DNA of 62,914 nt, counting the filler, from Octopus bimaculoides (lineage: Eukaryota), in the NCBI RefSeq assembly GCF_001194135.2. It is 7 parts of 6 records of this genome, joined end to end, with 100 filler letters (N's around TTAATTAATTAA, not from the genome) between each part and the next. Parts side by side here need not be neighbours in the genome. Positions count along the whole stretch, not along the records: positions 23,789 to 35,871 come from NC_068987.1; positions 35,972 to 46,043 come from NC_069004.1; 5 more parts are not named here. One strand, given 5' to 3'. Below are positions 23,789-36,094 of the stretch, one piece after another. Position 1 is the first letter of the stretch. Each line of letters starts with the position of its first letter. The notes under the pieces were generated by a model. That model was not told where the DNA came from and searched no databases. It was given only the letters and a program-made list of their open reading frames with translations. The position numbers were made by a program, and so were the translations under genes.

Positions 23789-25164
23789 CCCCAATAAGTC
23801 TTCGCAAGCTGAGTTTCGTGTCCAATGTAGGAGACGACGTTGGCATGGGTGCCAGTCGTCGAATTTAGTTCGGTTTCGATTTCACTTGCCTCAACAAGTC
23901 TTCGCAAGCGGAGTTTAGTGTCCAATGAAGGAAATATACGCATAAGTAGGCTGGCTACACCCCTGGCAGAGGCCTTGGATTTAGGTCTCGCTTGGTTTGC
24001 CGGGTCTTCTCACGCAAAGCATATTTTCAAAGGTCTCGGTCAGAAGTCATTGCCTCGGTGAGGCCCAATGTTCGAAGGTCTTGCCTTACCACCTCAGCCC
24101 AGGTCTTCCTGGGCCTACCTCTTCCACTGTTAGGGTGTGGTACTTTTTCATGCAGCTATCCTCATCCATTCTCGCCACATGTCCATACCAGCGCAATCGT
24201 CTCTCTTGCACACCACAACTGATGCTTCTTATGTTCAGCTTTTCTCTCAAGATACTTACACTCTGTCGGGTATGCACACTGACATTACTCATCCATCGGA
24301 GCATACTGGCTTCATTCCTTGCGTGCTTACGCATGTCCTCAGTAGTCACAGCCCATGTTTCACTGCCATGTAGCATGGCTGTTCGTACACATGCATCATA
24401 CAGTCTGCCTTTTACTCTGAGTGAGAGTCTCTCTGTCACCAGCAGAGGTAAGAGCTCTCTGAACTTTGACCAGGCTATTCTTTTTCTAGCAGCTACACTT
24501 TCAGCGCACCCACCCCCACTACTAACTTGGTCATCCAGATAGCAGAAGCTATCAACTACCTCTAGTTTTTGTTCCTGGAATTGAGACAGAAGTTGTTTCC
24601 TGTTTGTTTACAGTGTTTATTGCACTTGAACATCTGCCACATACAAAAACTAACTTCCTAGTTAACCTGCCTTTGATATTGCTGCACCTCTTATGTGTCC
24701 ATAGCTTGCACTGGGTACATCTTATCGAGTTACTACCTACACCTTTTCTACATGTTGAGCAGGGCATCTACCTGAAGGGGTTTGTGTGTTGTCTACCTTC
24801 CTACTTATTAGGACTTTGGTTTTAGCTAGGTTGACTCTAAGGCCCTTCGATTCTAGTCCCTGCTTCCACACCTGAAACTTCTCTAGTTCTGATAGTGACT
24901 CAGCAATTAGTGCAAGGTCATCAGCATAGAGGAGCTCCCAGAGGCAACCTGTCTTGAATTCCTCTGTGCTCGCCTGGAGGACTATGATAAATAGGAGGGG
25001 GCTGAGACCTGAACCTTGGTGGACCCCTACCTCTACCCGGAATTCATTACTGTACTCATTTCCAACCCTCGCCTTACTGACAGCATCTCTGTACATGGCT
25101 CGCACAGCTCTCACTAACCATTCTTCTATCCCAAGTTTCCTCATTGACCACCAGATAAGGCATC
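23789..25164 (-). mobile_element. RTE-clade LINE, 3' part of the RT ORF plus 3' UTR
   Basis: GVHQGSGLSPLLF, LLYADDLAL, GLRVNLAKTKV, PHD-like CxxC...CxxC...HxxC...CxxC insert, KGRLYDACVRTAMLHGSETW, RRLRWYGHVARM. Frameshifted; the 5' end is in a gap. Confidence 0.93.
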
Positions 25165-25899
25165 NNNNNNNNNNNNNNNNNNNNNNNNNNNNNNNNNNNN
25201 NNNNNNNNNNNNNNNNNNNNNNNNNNNNNNNNNNNNNNNNNNNNNNNNNNNNNNNNNNNNNNNNNNNNNNNNNNNNNNNNNNNNNNNNNNNNNNNNNNNN
25301 NNNNNNNNNNNNNNNNNNNNNNNNNNNNNNNNNNNNNNNNNNNNNNNNNNNNNNNNNNNNNNNNNNNNNNNNNNNNNNNNNNNNNNNNNNNNNNNNNNNN
25401 NNNNNNNNNNNNNNNNNNNNNNNNNNNNNNNNNNNNNNNNNNNNNNNNNNNNNNNNNNNNNNNNNNNNNNNNNNNNNNNNNNNNNNNNNNNNNNNNNNNN
25501 NNNNNNNNNNNNNNNNNNNNNNNNNNNNNNNNNNNNNNNNNNNNNNNNNNNNNNNNNNNNNNNNNNNNNNNNNNNNNNNNNNNNNNNNNNNNNNNNNNNN
25601 NNNNNNNNNNNNNNNNNNNNNNNNNNNNNNNNNNNNNNNNNNNNNNNNNNNNNNNNNNNNNNNNNNNNNNNNNNNNNNNNNNNNNNNNNNNNNNNNNNNN
25701 NNNNNNNNNNNNNNNNNNNNNNNNNNNNNNNNNNNNNNNNNNNNNNNNNNNNNNNNNNNNNNNNNNNNNNNNNNNNNNNNNNNNNNNNNNNNNNNNNNNN
25801 NNNNNNNNNNNNNNNNNNNNNNNNNNNNNNNNNNNNNNNNNNNNNNNNNNNNNNNNNNNNNNNNNNNNCTCCTACACTGTCTTGCAACACGAAATATCT

Positions 25900-25939
<40 letters not shown>

Positions 25940-25971
25940 TTACATATATATATATATATTTATATATTCTT

Positions 25972-26327
25972 GTACTTGTTACAGTCATTTGACTGCGCCC
26001 ATGCTGGAGCACCATCTTTATTCGACTAAATCGACCCCAGGACTTATTCTTTGTAAGCCTAGTACTTATTCTGTCGGTCTCTTTAGCCATATCACTAAGT
26101 TACGGCGATGTAAACACACCAGCAACAGTTATCAAGTGATGTTGCGGGTAGAAAGACAGACACACAAAAATATACACACACATACTTATATATATTTGAC
26201 AGGCTTTGTTATGCTTCTGTCTACCAAATCCACTCACAAAGCTTTGGTGAGCCCAAGGCTATATTAGGAGACACATGCCAAAGGTGATTGGTAAGCAGGC
26301 TACTTACCACACAGCCACTCCTGCGCC
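25972..26327 (-). mobile_element. SINE family A, near full length
   Basis: Reverse complement from ggcgcaggagtggctgtgtggtaag to gcagtcaaatgactgtaacaag. Confidence 0.85.
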
Positions 26328-26639
26328 AGCACAGTCACTCCTGTATATTTATGTAAATCAAAGGTTAGTTGAGATAGAAGTTAAAATAACTGTCTAAGGG
26401 ATAAAAGTATCCATTATGCTACCTGTATATTACCTATATTTAACCATGGGCATACATATGCAAACACATTATGCTCATAAATTATAGGTAGAGACATGAA
26501 TAAACATGGGTTTATCAAGAATCAAAATTTAAAGCAAACAGAAAATGGAGAAGTACTGATGAACAACAATTGACTTACATCAATTATTATTTATTAATTC
26601 AATGCAAATAGACTGTATCCCATCTAACAGCTGTTTCTG

Positions 26640-26987
26640 CTTCCAATGTTGTACTGTATTGCCATTGATATGCAAAAGTATGTAAAAATATTTATCAAAT
26701 CTATATTCAAAACTATAAATAAACACTTTGTTAAAAATAGCAGGTACTCGGAAAATATTAATAGTAAAACAATTAAGATAGGCTAGTCTGACACATAACT
26801 TAGCTAGCATCATTTCCTCCCTAAATAATAAAAAACTAGATACTTTTTATTTAGATAGAAGTAACAATAGTAACAATACCAATAATAACAACCTCAATAA
26901 CAACTCCAAACATAGTAATTATAATACCAACAACTATAATAAGTTTATTAATCATAATGCACACCTTCATACAATGTAAAAAATAAG
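26640..26987 (+). mobile_element. Penelope-like element linker / endonuclease fragment (left of the insertion)
   Basis: IFKTINKHFVKNSRY..N.KTIKIG..HNLASIISSLNNKKL (linker motif), an Asn-rich tract, then CTPSYNVKNK. Confidence 0.65.
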
Positions 26988-28065
26988 GGATCTTTTCAAT
27001 CTCAGTCACAGATTTTTTAATTAATCTTTTTTAACAAACAGTTTGAAACTTCGGATACTGGTTGAATGTGTCACGTAGAACACGGTTTACTCAATGTCTT
27101 TGACAAAATTTTGTATTCTAGAAGTTATTTTGTGTTAAAGTTGTCATATTTGGGTGATTTTAACCAATCAATAACATATATTCAGCTGAAGAAAGTTACT
27201 GCTGTTGGTGAACGTAATGGAAGAGCAACAACTACTGGGTCATTGGGTCATGAAAGAGAGGGAGAGAGTTGGGAGAAAAGTATAAAAGATAAGAAGGGTG
27301 GGTAAGAAGAACAGAAAGTTCTTTTATAGGGAATACATACATGTGTGTATGCATGTGTATTTTTTTCCATCTTATCCAATGTGTCCTCTCGTTTATATAA
27401 TGTTAGCATGTGGCACTTAGAGAGATTTGGGTGTTATTTCCAACAAATCGTAGAGAGAGAGAATGGAGAGAGTGATGGTGTGTTGACGATCTGAACGACA
27501 GCTTATATAAACTTACCAATCCCCTACCACTGCATATTAATTTATTAAACACTCTCCTTTTCCTTGCTTCCATTTGTGGTTTTATCAGCTTTACATATGA
27601 ATGTGTATGTGTGTGATGGATAGCAGAAACGCTGCATCAACAACTGTCATCAACTTGACAATCCCCCTCCCTCCTTAAAGCTATGTATTCCTCACACCCA
27701 CCTCCCTTTCCTTTCCTCAGCATTCTAAAAGTTACATGTGTGTGTATGTATTGCTCAGTGTGTGTGTGTGTATTTACATTTGTCTGTGTATTTATGTACA
27801 TATATGTATGCAGCATCCAAAACAGATGACCCCAAATCGCAGTAACTTTCTTCAGCTGAATACACTTTATTGATTGGTTAAAATTACCCAAATACGACAA
27901 TTTTAACACGAAATAACTTCTAAAATACAAAGTTTTGTCAAAAACGTTAAGAGTAAACCGTGTTCTACATGACACATTCAACCAGTATCCGAAGTTTCAA
28001 ACTGTTTATTTAAAAAGAAAAAGAAAATTAATTTAAAAATCTGTGACTGAGATTGAAAAAAATCC
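26988..28065. mobile_element. Non-autonomous long-TIR DNA transposon (1078 bp) with an 8-bp TSD; Mutator-like by architecture
   Basis: Inverted arms 26988-27202 and 27839-28065 (roughly 90% identical by eye), termini GGAT...ATCC, flanked by the direct repeat AAAATAAG at 26980-26987 and 28066-28073. Non-coding interior. Confidence 0.85.
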
Positions 28066-28200
28066 AAAATAAGAAATGCCACTTGTGCATCAATGAAAAA
28101 AATGTTCATATTAAAGGCTAGACTACCACTGCTTAACACTAGGAAAGAGTGAAACAATGTCTGCCTGCACAAGATAAATTTGCTTTCTCTAGATATAGGC
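28066..28200 (+). mobile_element. Penelope-like element endonuclease C-terminus (right of the insertion)
   Basis: KCHLCINEK (+1 slip in a poly-A run) MFILKARLPLLNTRKE*NNVCLHK. Confidence 0.75.
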
Positions 28201-29869
28201 ATCTAATAGGCATTTTCTCCACTAATGGCACCCATAGTTCTTCACCATAGAAATAGTAGAATTTGATTCTTAATGTTGGCATAAACTACTTGTAATTAAG
28301 TTTGGTTAATAGATTTACTTACCTAAGCCCCTTTTAAGTAACCCAGTATTAATACCCTTTCACTAACCTGTCTGAATTTTAAGACCCTTCTCCTATGCAT
28401 AATAACTAAATCATATTATATTGCATTATTTTACTACTCCTCAAAATAACCTTTACACCCTCTTATAAACCATATAATGCCAGTTCTCTTAACTTGTAAC
28501 ATAAATTTAGACTATAAAGTGCACAAGTATCTATTCCCCTACCATACACCCTCCCCCTTAATAGTATCTTGATCCTCCACCATAATAAGGAATGAAGTTG
28601 TCTATTTGTAACATACTTTACCACCCCATACTTTGTTTGCTTGTTTCACTCTAGTTTATTGTAGACCACTCTAAGTCAGTATTGGTCTACTTCTATTTAA
28701 TGAAGACTTCCTATCGGATTTATACACTTCACTACTCCCCACATAACTAAATATTTATTTAACACTTGAATACTAACTTGACACCCTACACCCCCTTTTA
28801 GTTATGTATTTGCTTGTTCTTTGTTTTGCAGTTAGCACTTATCTACATGCTATTAATGCTGTTATTATTGTTATTATGTGTATTAGTAATTGCATGTGGG
28901 ATTATTTGTTGAAATAGACATATGTATGTAAACCGTGTGTGTGTTAATATAACTATATGATATATTATAATTGTTTGGGCACATAGACGCTGTGCACGTG
29001 AGTGGATAGATGCTGTATGCAAGTGTGCATATGTGTATAGTAGTGTACATAGGTGTATATAATACACATATATATATTTATACGTGTGTGCATATGCATT
29101 TATATGTATGTTGAATTTTTTTGTGTGTATGAATGCATGAGCAAATTGTAGCAAGAGCTTACATCTGTAAAAACAACTTGCAAGTATTCTAATTTTGAAT
29201 TTTAACTCAAAATTGTAACCATTAGTTTAATTAGGGATATCTACTTTTACTTATTTAATTGACCACTAGGCTAACTGATTTATAGATTATTTAACCAATT
29301 AGCTGGAAAATTAGCTGTTAGTTAGGCTAGTCAACTCATTTTTTACGTGTACTGAATGGCAAACAGCAGTCCCTAATTATGGCCACTTACCCTAGTTATT
29401 ACCTCCCCTTAACCAGAAATATTTCCATAACTTTCCTACAAAATAAATTTGTTGCATCGTTTTTACTAATTTCACATTCCTATTAATAAACTTTTACTCC
29501 ATTTCCGACCCTAACCGTCTCACTTCCTAAATGTCCGAATAGGTTCCTCTTTTAATATTTATTCCATAATATATTTTTAATCTAGTATTTACTATTTTAA
29601 GCATTTTAGGGTCCCTTACAACATACACCATTTCCCTATTCATTTATTTATTTATTTATCTTACCCCATATAACTGTCTCAATAGCTGGTATTTTGTTTT
29701 TAAATTTCAACTGACCAATTACATCAAACGTTGGATCTTGGCCTATCTCGCTTCAGGTTGAAGGGCTTAACCACCTACTAGTAAATAAATAAAAAATTAC
29801 ATTTAACCGATTAGCACTTTATTATGATTAATACTATTAATTCCATATTGATGACATAACTGAGTTTTA

Positions 29870-32060
29870 TTAACCCTCTAGACCTAGAATTAGCTTTAAT
29901 TCTGATAATGAAAACTTTGAGATTGATCCAAAAGTAAGGCTTATTTGCCCTTGTAAATCAGACCTAGCAAAATTATTATATTGGGTTGGCAACTAAATTC
30001 CCGCCGTTGTTTTAAATTAAAAATTTTTTCTAAGGTTTAATAAAAAAATGACAACTAATTAATCAATAATGTATACACTCTTGTTGTTTACAACTTCTTC
30101 CCAACGTTCAACATGATTTTCAATACCTCGTTTGGTAGAAATCATCCAATTTCGACTTGAAAAATTGATCCAACCAAGGTCTCAATTCTGCATCAGTATT
30201 GAACAAAACTCTGTGCATAGCATTTGAAAGAGATTGAAAAAGGTGGAAATCTGTTGGTGCCAAATCAAGAGAGTACGGCGGGTGTGGCAGCACTTCCCAG
30301 TAATGCGTTTGAATGGCTTCCTTGGTCATATTGGCGATATGACGGCAGGCGTTGCCGTGCAGCAGCAGAACTCCATGCTGCCGATTAGGTCTTTTCTCTT
30401 GAATAGCCATGTTGAGTCATTCCATCTGTTGAACATAGAGTTCCGTGTTGACCGTTTGGTTCCGTTCAAGCAATTCATAATGGATAATCCTTTCCCAGTT
30501 CCACCGTATGCACAACATTGTTTTATGCAGATGAAGATCTTGTTTCACATGCGGTGTTGCTTGTTTACTGGGGCTAAGCCATTCCTTATGCAGCTTCATA
30601 TTTTCATCGCCAGTAACGATTTGCTAAAGAAATCGTTGCTTGTGTCCATGAGTTGAGCGGTGATGAGCAAGCAAACCAGTAGTGATTGTGACTCGTTGAT
30701 TTTTGTTGTTGTCACTTAAAGCATGCAGAACCCCTGCTCCATACTTCTGAACCTTTCCCATTGAATGAAGATGCTTTTCTATAGCAGTGTGGGAGCATTC
30801 TATTTTCTCTGCCAGTTTCCTTGTCATTTGATGAAAATTTTCATACAAAAGTTGGTTTAATCGCTCTTCATTGAACTCAACTGGACGGCCAGAATGAGGT
30901 GCATCTTTGAGATCAAAATTTCCATTTTTGAACTTGGCATACCAATCACGAGCGGTCCTTTCAGCTATGGCACCCTCTCCATACACAGCACAAATGTTGT
31001 GAGCAGTTTTTGTGGCCTTAGAACCTTGATTAAAAGCAAAAAGAAGGAGGTGTCAAAAATGCTCATTTTTCTTAGCTTGACATTCCATTTTAATGATCTG
31101 AAAATAAACAAAATTTAACTAAAATTAACTAGAAAAGAAAAAAAATAGATTCCAAAATGATTCAAAAATAGAATTCTCGAAAAAAATAGATTCCAAAATT
31201 TAAAAATGCAATAAATTCCAAAATTTAAAAAAACCATGGGAACTTAGTTGCCAACCCAATAGATAAATATCTACACTCACTTCAATCAAAAATAAAACTC
31301 AGCCTTTGGTCCAAAACACTAGATGCAATAAACTGGTTTACCAACATGCATGACAAGAAAAAATGAAAATTCATTCAATTGGACATTAACAAATATTACC
31401 AGTCAGTTAACCCAATATTATTAAATAAGGCGCTAATCTTCACCAAGAACAGAACTAAACTTATCTATGAAGGAAATTAAAATTATACTTGCAGCTAGGA
31501 AGACAGTAATATTCCATGAAGGAAAATATTGGACTAGGAAAGATACACCTGAATGCTTTGATATACCTATGGGCACGCAAGATTCCGCCGAAGTAACTGA
31601 CTTAGTCGGAATATACCTACTGCACAAATTTAAGGAAGAATTCCCAGAATTTGAAGGTTGATTATACGGAGACGACACCCTATTAGTCAGGAACACTTCA
31701 AATAGAAAATTAGAACTCTACAAAAAAAAAAAAAAACTGCATACATTTTGTAAAAACCAAGGACTCTCTATTTCCATTGAAATAGATAACTTTGTTAACT
31801 TCCTTGACATCAACTTCAACCTTAATCTTTCTACCTACCAGATTTACCATAAACCTAACACCAATATAACATACATAAATGTGTACAACAACCATCCACA
31901 CAACATTATAGGAAACCTGACCACTAACATAGAGAGAAGAATAAATTTACTATCATCTAACGAAGAAATATTTAATAAGCATAAGGACTATTATAACCTA
32001 GCACTTAAGATGGCAGGATATAAATATGAAATGAAGTATAACAAAAATGATGACGCTAGT
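29870..32060 (+). mobile_element. Penelope-like element RT (YxDD type) interrupted by a mariner
   Basis: Left of the mariner: NENFEIDPKVRLICPCKSDLAK. Right: LWSKTLDAINWF, KFIQLDINKYYQSV, FDIPMGTQDSAEVTDLVG, LYGDD, NFLDINFNL..YQIYHKPN, ERRINLLSSNEEIF, ALKMAGY. Confidence 0.85.
29981..31259 (-). mobile_element. Full-length mariner (DD34D), mellifera-subfamily-like, 1279 bp, with a pseudogenised transposase at 30059-31088
   Basis: TA|TTGGGTTGGCAACTAA ... TTAGTTGCCAACCCAA|TA. Protein MECQAKKNEHF..LLLFAFN..AVYGEGAIAER..SGRP..., HPPYSLDLAPTDFHLF, ending ERWEEVVNNKSVYIID*. Several frameshifts; the second D reads G. Confidence 0.95.
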
Positions 32061-32769
32061 ATAAATCATTCAACATAATTACCAAAATAATAAAGTTAAA
32101 ATTAGTGAATCTAATACATATAATGAAATAGTATATCCTAATGAACAAATAATAGAAATTCCCAATGATAGTCATAAACATAACATCAACAATAGACATG
32201 ATCATCATCATTATAATAACAGTACAAAAAAACTCAAGCATTACAAGCACCACAACAGAAATAAAACTCAGAAAATTAATAAAAATCTTCGTAATTACCA
32301 CCTTCCCAACCACACTAATGTAAACAAACCTAAATATACTAGCAACATACACCATAACTGTATAATTAATGATAAAAATAGGAACATAAAGGCAACAAAC
32401 AGAAAAAAACAGGAATAATCAAAATAAGACAATTTACGATGATGATATGTATAACCATAATACTCTAATAAGGATAGGAAGAATATAGTAAAAAAGAAAT
32501 CTATACCATGTATGAGAAAATTTGACTCTAAATACAACCCAATTCTTTACTAACGCAGACTAGAAAACCATTTGGATGATAATTCTCTTTGCAAAACACA
32601 TAAAATCAAACTTTATTAGATCCATCAGAATGATAATTAATAAAAACTTCAAAAACACTAAATACACAAAAATATTTAATAATAAACATATTACATTTTG
32701 GATTTTCAGTTTCTCCAAATCTTTTTAGGTTAATATCTTCATATATGTGTGTGTGTGTGTGTGTGTATA

Positions 32770-32945
32770 TAGGGAGAATTCACAAAAAAACAACAGACAA
32801 AGACAGGTGGTGTAGAAAACAAACAGATGTATTAGTATAACGCTCGGGAATTGAAAAAGTCTTTAACATTTCAAGCCTATGCTCTTCCACAGAAGGAACA
32901 CAGAAAGAAACAAGGACAGAAGAAAGGAAAGAAAAAAATGTGTGT
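32770..32945 (-). mobile_element. Repeat family H copy with a decayed hammerhead-like core (32860-32896)
   Basis: Minus: cctt-CTGTGGA-A-gagc atag gctt-GAAA-tgt-t-aaaga, then cccgagcgttatactaatacatctg as at 19374. Confidence 0.6.
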
Positions 32946-32988
32946 AGTGGTTAGCGATCTATCCTGGTGAATGATATATATATCATTG

Positions 32989-33022
<34 letters not shown>

Positions 33023-33032
<10 letters not shown>

Positions 33033-34778
33033 AATAATAAGGTACTCAGATATCTGGATGGTTGTACATTTACAAATTTTTATTAATATGTCATATGTCT
33101 TTATAAAATAGGTCTTGCATCTATTCTAGTAGATTCTCCAGATTTAATTTTTCTTGAGAGGATTTGTCTCTTTTTATAGTATTATTGAATGTGTGGGGGT
33201 GGAGAGAGATGTATAGGATAGTAAGAGAGATGTATAGGATAGTAAGAGAGGATGAAGAATTGGGGGGAAAGTGAGAGAGAGTGTGTGTGTGTGTGCCTGT
33301 GTATCTGAAAGGAGTGTCAATGGAAAAGAGAAGGAAAGAAAGAAGGAAGAAAGGAAGAAGAAGGAATTGTGTTTACATCTATACAGCTGGTTAGTTCAAA
33401 AAAGGAAGGAGACAAATATGAAAACCAAGTTAACCAGGTTCAATTCTAGTTGGCACGAAAATGCCCCATTATCTGGGTTTCTTGCCTTCTTTAGGCTCTA
33501 TTGTTCCAAAGTTGAATAACGATTAAGAATAATGAAATCAATGAATCAATGAGTGAGCTATCTAAATATTGGTAAGTTCATTTTGTCATAGGCATGGATC
33601 AAAAATAAATATAAAATAGCATTTCTGTAGTCATTTACCAATATAAATTGGCAAATGGTGCCATTGTTTTAGATACTGAAATAACAAGTTCTAAAATAGT
33701 TTTGGATTCACTTTTAGGATCAAATCTGTTATGGAATAAGAATACAAATAGCTATAATTACAAAGATAAAGTAAGTATATGTAAAGGTATGAAAATATAA
33801 AGATAGTGAAGTACATGAAAGGATGAAAATTGTTGGTGAAATATTAAAAAAACTCCAAAAAAGAAAAACAAAGAAAACATCATCCCTTTCATAAACACAC
33901 ACAACCCTGGAATCACCAACATGTTTCACATTATACATTCAAACTTACCAGTAGTCCTCCAAAGCCCCAAAATGGGAAACCTACTAAACAAATATTGCAT
34001 AAAAGACAGTAAATGCCAAGAGAAAAACCTAAAGAAACACCTAACAAGAGCAAAATTCTTATCAGAGAATAAAACCGAATTCTTTGTAAAAGAGTGTGGA
34101 GATGGTAGATGTGGAACCTGCAGTAACCCCATCTACAAATATATAGAGGGGAACAAACAAATAAAATTTAAGTGTGGTCACACATTCAGAGTAATTGCAG
34201 ACATGAATTGCAAGACACGGAATGTAATATACTGCATCACCTGCCCCACATGCAAGGAGAATTATATAGGCGAAACTGGAAATTCTTTATGCCAACGAGC
34301 CAGAATTCGCTGATATGTCCAACAGAAGGAACTACGAAAGATTCCACTGAGTGAACACTTAGAAGCATGTGGAGAAGGAAAATTTAAGATCTTTCCCTTC
34401 TATAAATGCCCAAAGAATGACACCTCCTTCGGGAAAAATATGGTAAAATACTTCATAACAAAATTCTCACCCAAACTGAATGGCTGAAAACATGAAAATC
34501 ACAACCCATCTAGAACTATTAACTTAGTCTGTATAATAATGTCCTCACAATGTACAAGAAACTGTATGCATATCTGTTTCATTGAGCTCCTCCACAAGAC
34601 ATTGTCCCTTGTACATTATTGCCCATCCTAATATCTTCATTTTTGTAAAGAATTGTTCCTTATCTTCATTCCTCTTGAAAAATATATACATGTGTGTGTA
34701 TGTATATATATATGTGTGTATATGTATATATATGTGTGTGTGTAGGTATATGTGTGTATGTATATATATGTATGTATG

Positions 34779-34849
<71 letters not shown>

Positions 34850-35316
34850 NNNNNNNNNNNNNNNNNNNNNNNNNNNNNNNNNNNNNNNNNNNNNNNNNNN
34901 NNNNNNNNNNNNNNNNNNNNNNNNNNNNNNNNNNNNNNNNNNNNNNNNNNNNNNNNNNNNNNNNNNNNNNNNNNNNNNNNNNNNNNNNNNNNNNNNNNNN
35001 NNNNNNNNNNNNNNNNNNNNNNNNNNNNNNNNNNNNNNNNNNNNNNNNNNNNNNNNNNNNNNNNNNNNNNNNNNNNNNNNNNNNNNNNNNNNNAGTATCT
35101 AAAACAATGGCACCATTTGCCAATTTTTATTGGTAAATGACTACAGAAATGCTATTTTATATTTATTTTTGATCCATGCCTATGACAAAATTAAATCTGG
35201 AGAATCTACTAGAATAGATGCAAGCGCTAATTTATAAAAACATGTGACATATTCATAAAAATTTGTGAATGTACAACCATCCAGATATCTGAGTACCTTA
35301 TTATCTTTTCTAGAAT
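33023..35316. repeat. Inverted repeat bracketing the PLE endonuclease (pseudo-LTR-like)
   Basis: 33023-33151 is the reverse complement of 35187-35316, and 33580-33677 of 35094-35191. About 7 mismatches in 60 bp in one sampled stretch. Confidence 0.85.
33841..34680 (+). mobile_element. 5'-truncated Penelope-like element: linker, GIY-YIG endonuclease and 3' UTR
   Basis: IIPFINTHNPG..., CGDGRCGTC, MNCKTRNVIYCITCPTCKENYIGETGNSL, LSEHLEACG..FKIFPFYK...FITKFSPKLNG* (stop near 34487). One internal stop and a frameshift. Confidence 0.88.
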
Positions 35317-35343
35317 ATAATTCCTGTACGTCACCTCCAAACC

Positions 35344-35390
<47 letters not shown>

Positions 35391-36094
35391 ATATATATGT
35401 ATATATAATAATATTAGGGAAAAATTCCAAATTTACAAAGAAAAATTTAATTTAATTTATTAAAATTAAATTAAATTCCACAATATATAATATATAAATA
35501 TATAATTTAGAGAAAAAGACCACAATTATTCAATTCATCCATGAAAATCCACAATCACATATAGAAAAGTTTAGTAAGTAAATACACTAAAAAGACCTGT
35601 AATAAAAATCAAAGAAGTACAAAGTAATAAATATTAAATAGTAAAAATGACTACACATGCTTCATAACCATATTTTCAAATAGAAAATAAAATAAAAATC
35701 AAATTGATTCAAAATAAATTGATCAAAATCAATTCTATTCAAAAATATAGCTAATCGTCAGGTCAAAATACAATAATAATAACAAAATCAATGTATATAT
35801 ATCGACTAACAATAAATATCAAATGAATTTATATAAAAAAAATACTTATTTAACCAATAAATAAAAGAAAANNNNNNNNNNNNNNNNNNNNNNNNNNNNN
35901 NNNNNNNNNNNNNNNTTAATTAATTAANNNNNNNNNNNNNNNNNNNNNNNNNNNNNNNNNNNNNNNNNNNNATGTTATAATTGCATACTTTATTCCTACA
36001 TATGTTTCAAAGGATTACAACCTGTGTGATCCATAGGGATCTTTGATATTAAAATTGTAACCTTCTCATCAGGGAAAGCATGGGAATCATCTTA

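Noticed and set aside
33152-33584. Intron retained in one PLE arm and spliced out of the other
   Set aside because: No GT-AG or GC-AG boundaries on either strand under any shift of the 5-bp microhomology.
35444-35477. 15-bp AT-only inverted repeat aatttaatttaattt / aaattaaattaaatt
   Set aside because: Low-complexity sequence, expected by chance in very AT-rich DNA.
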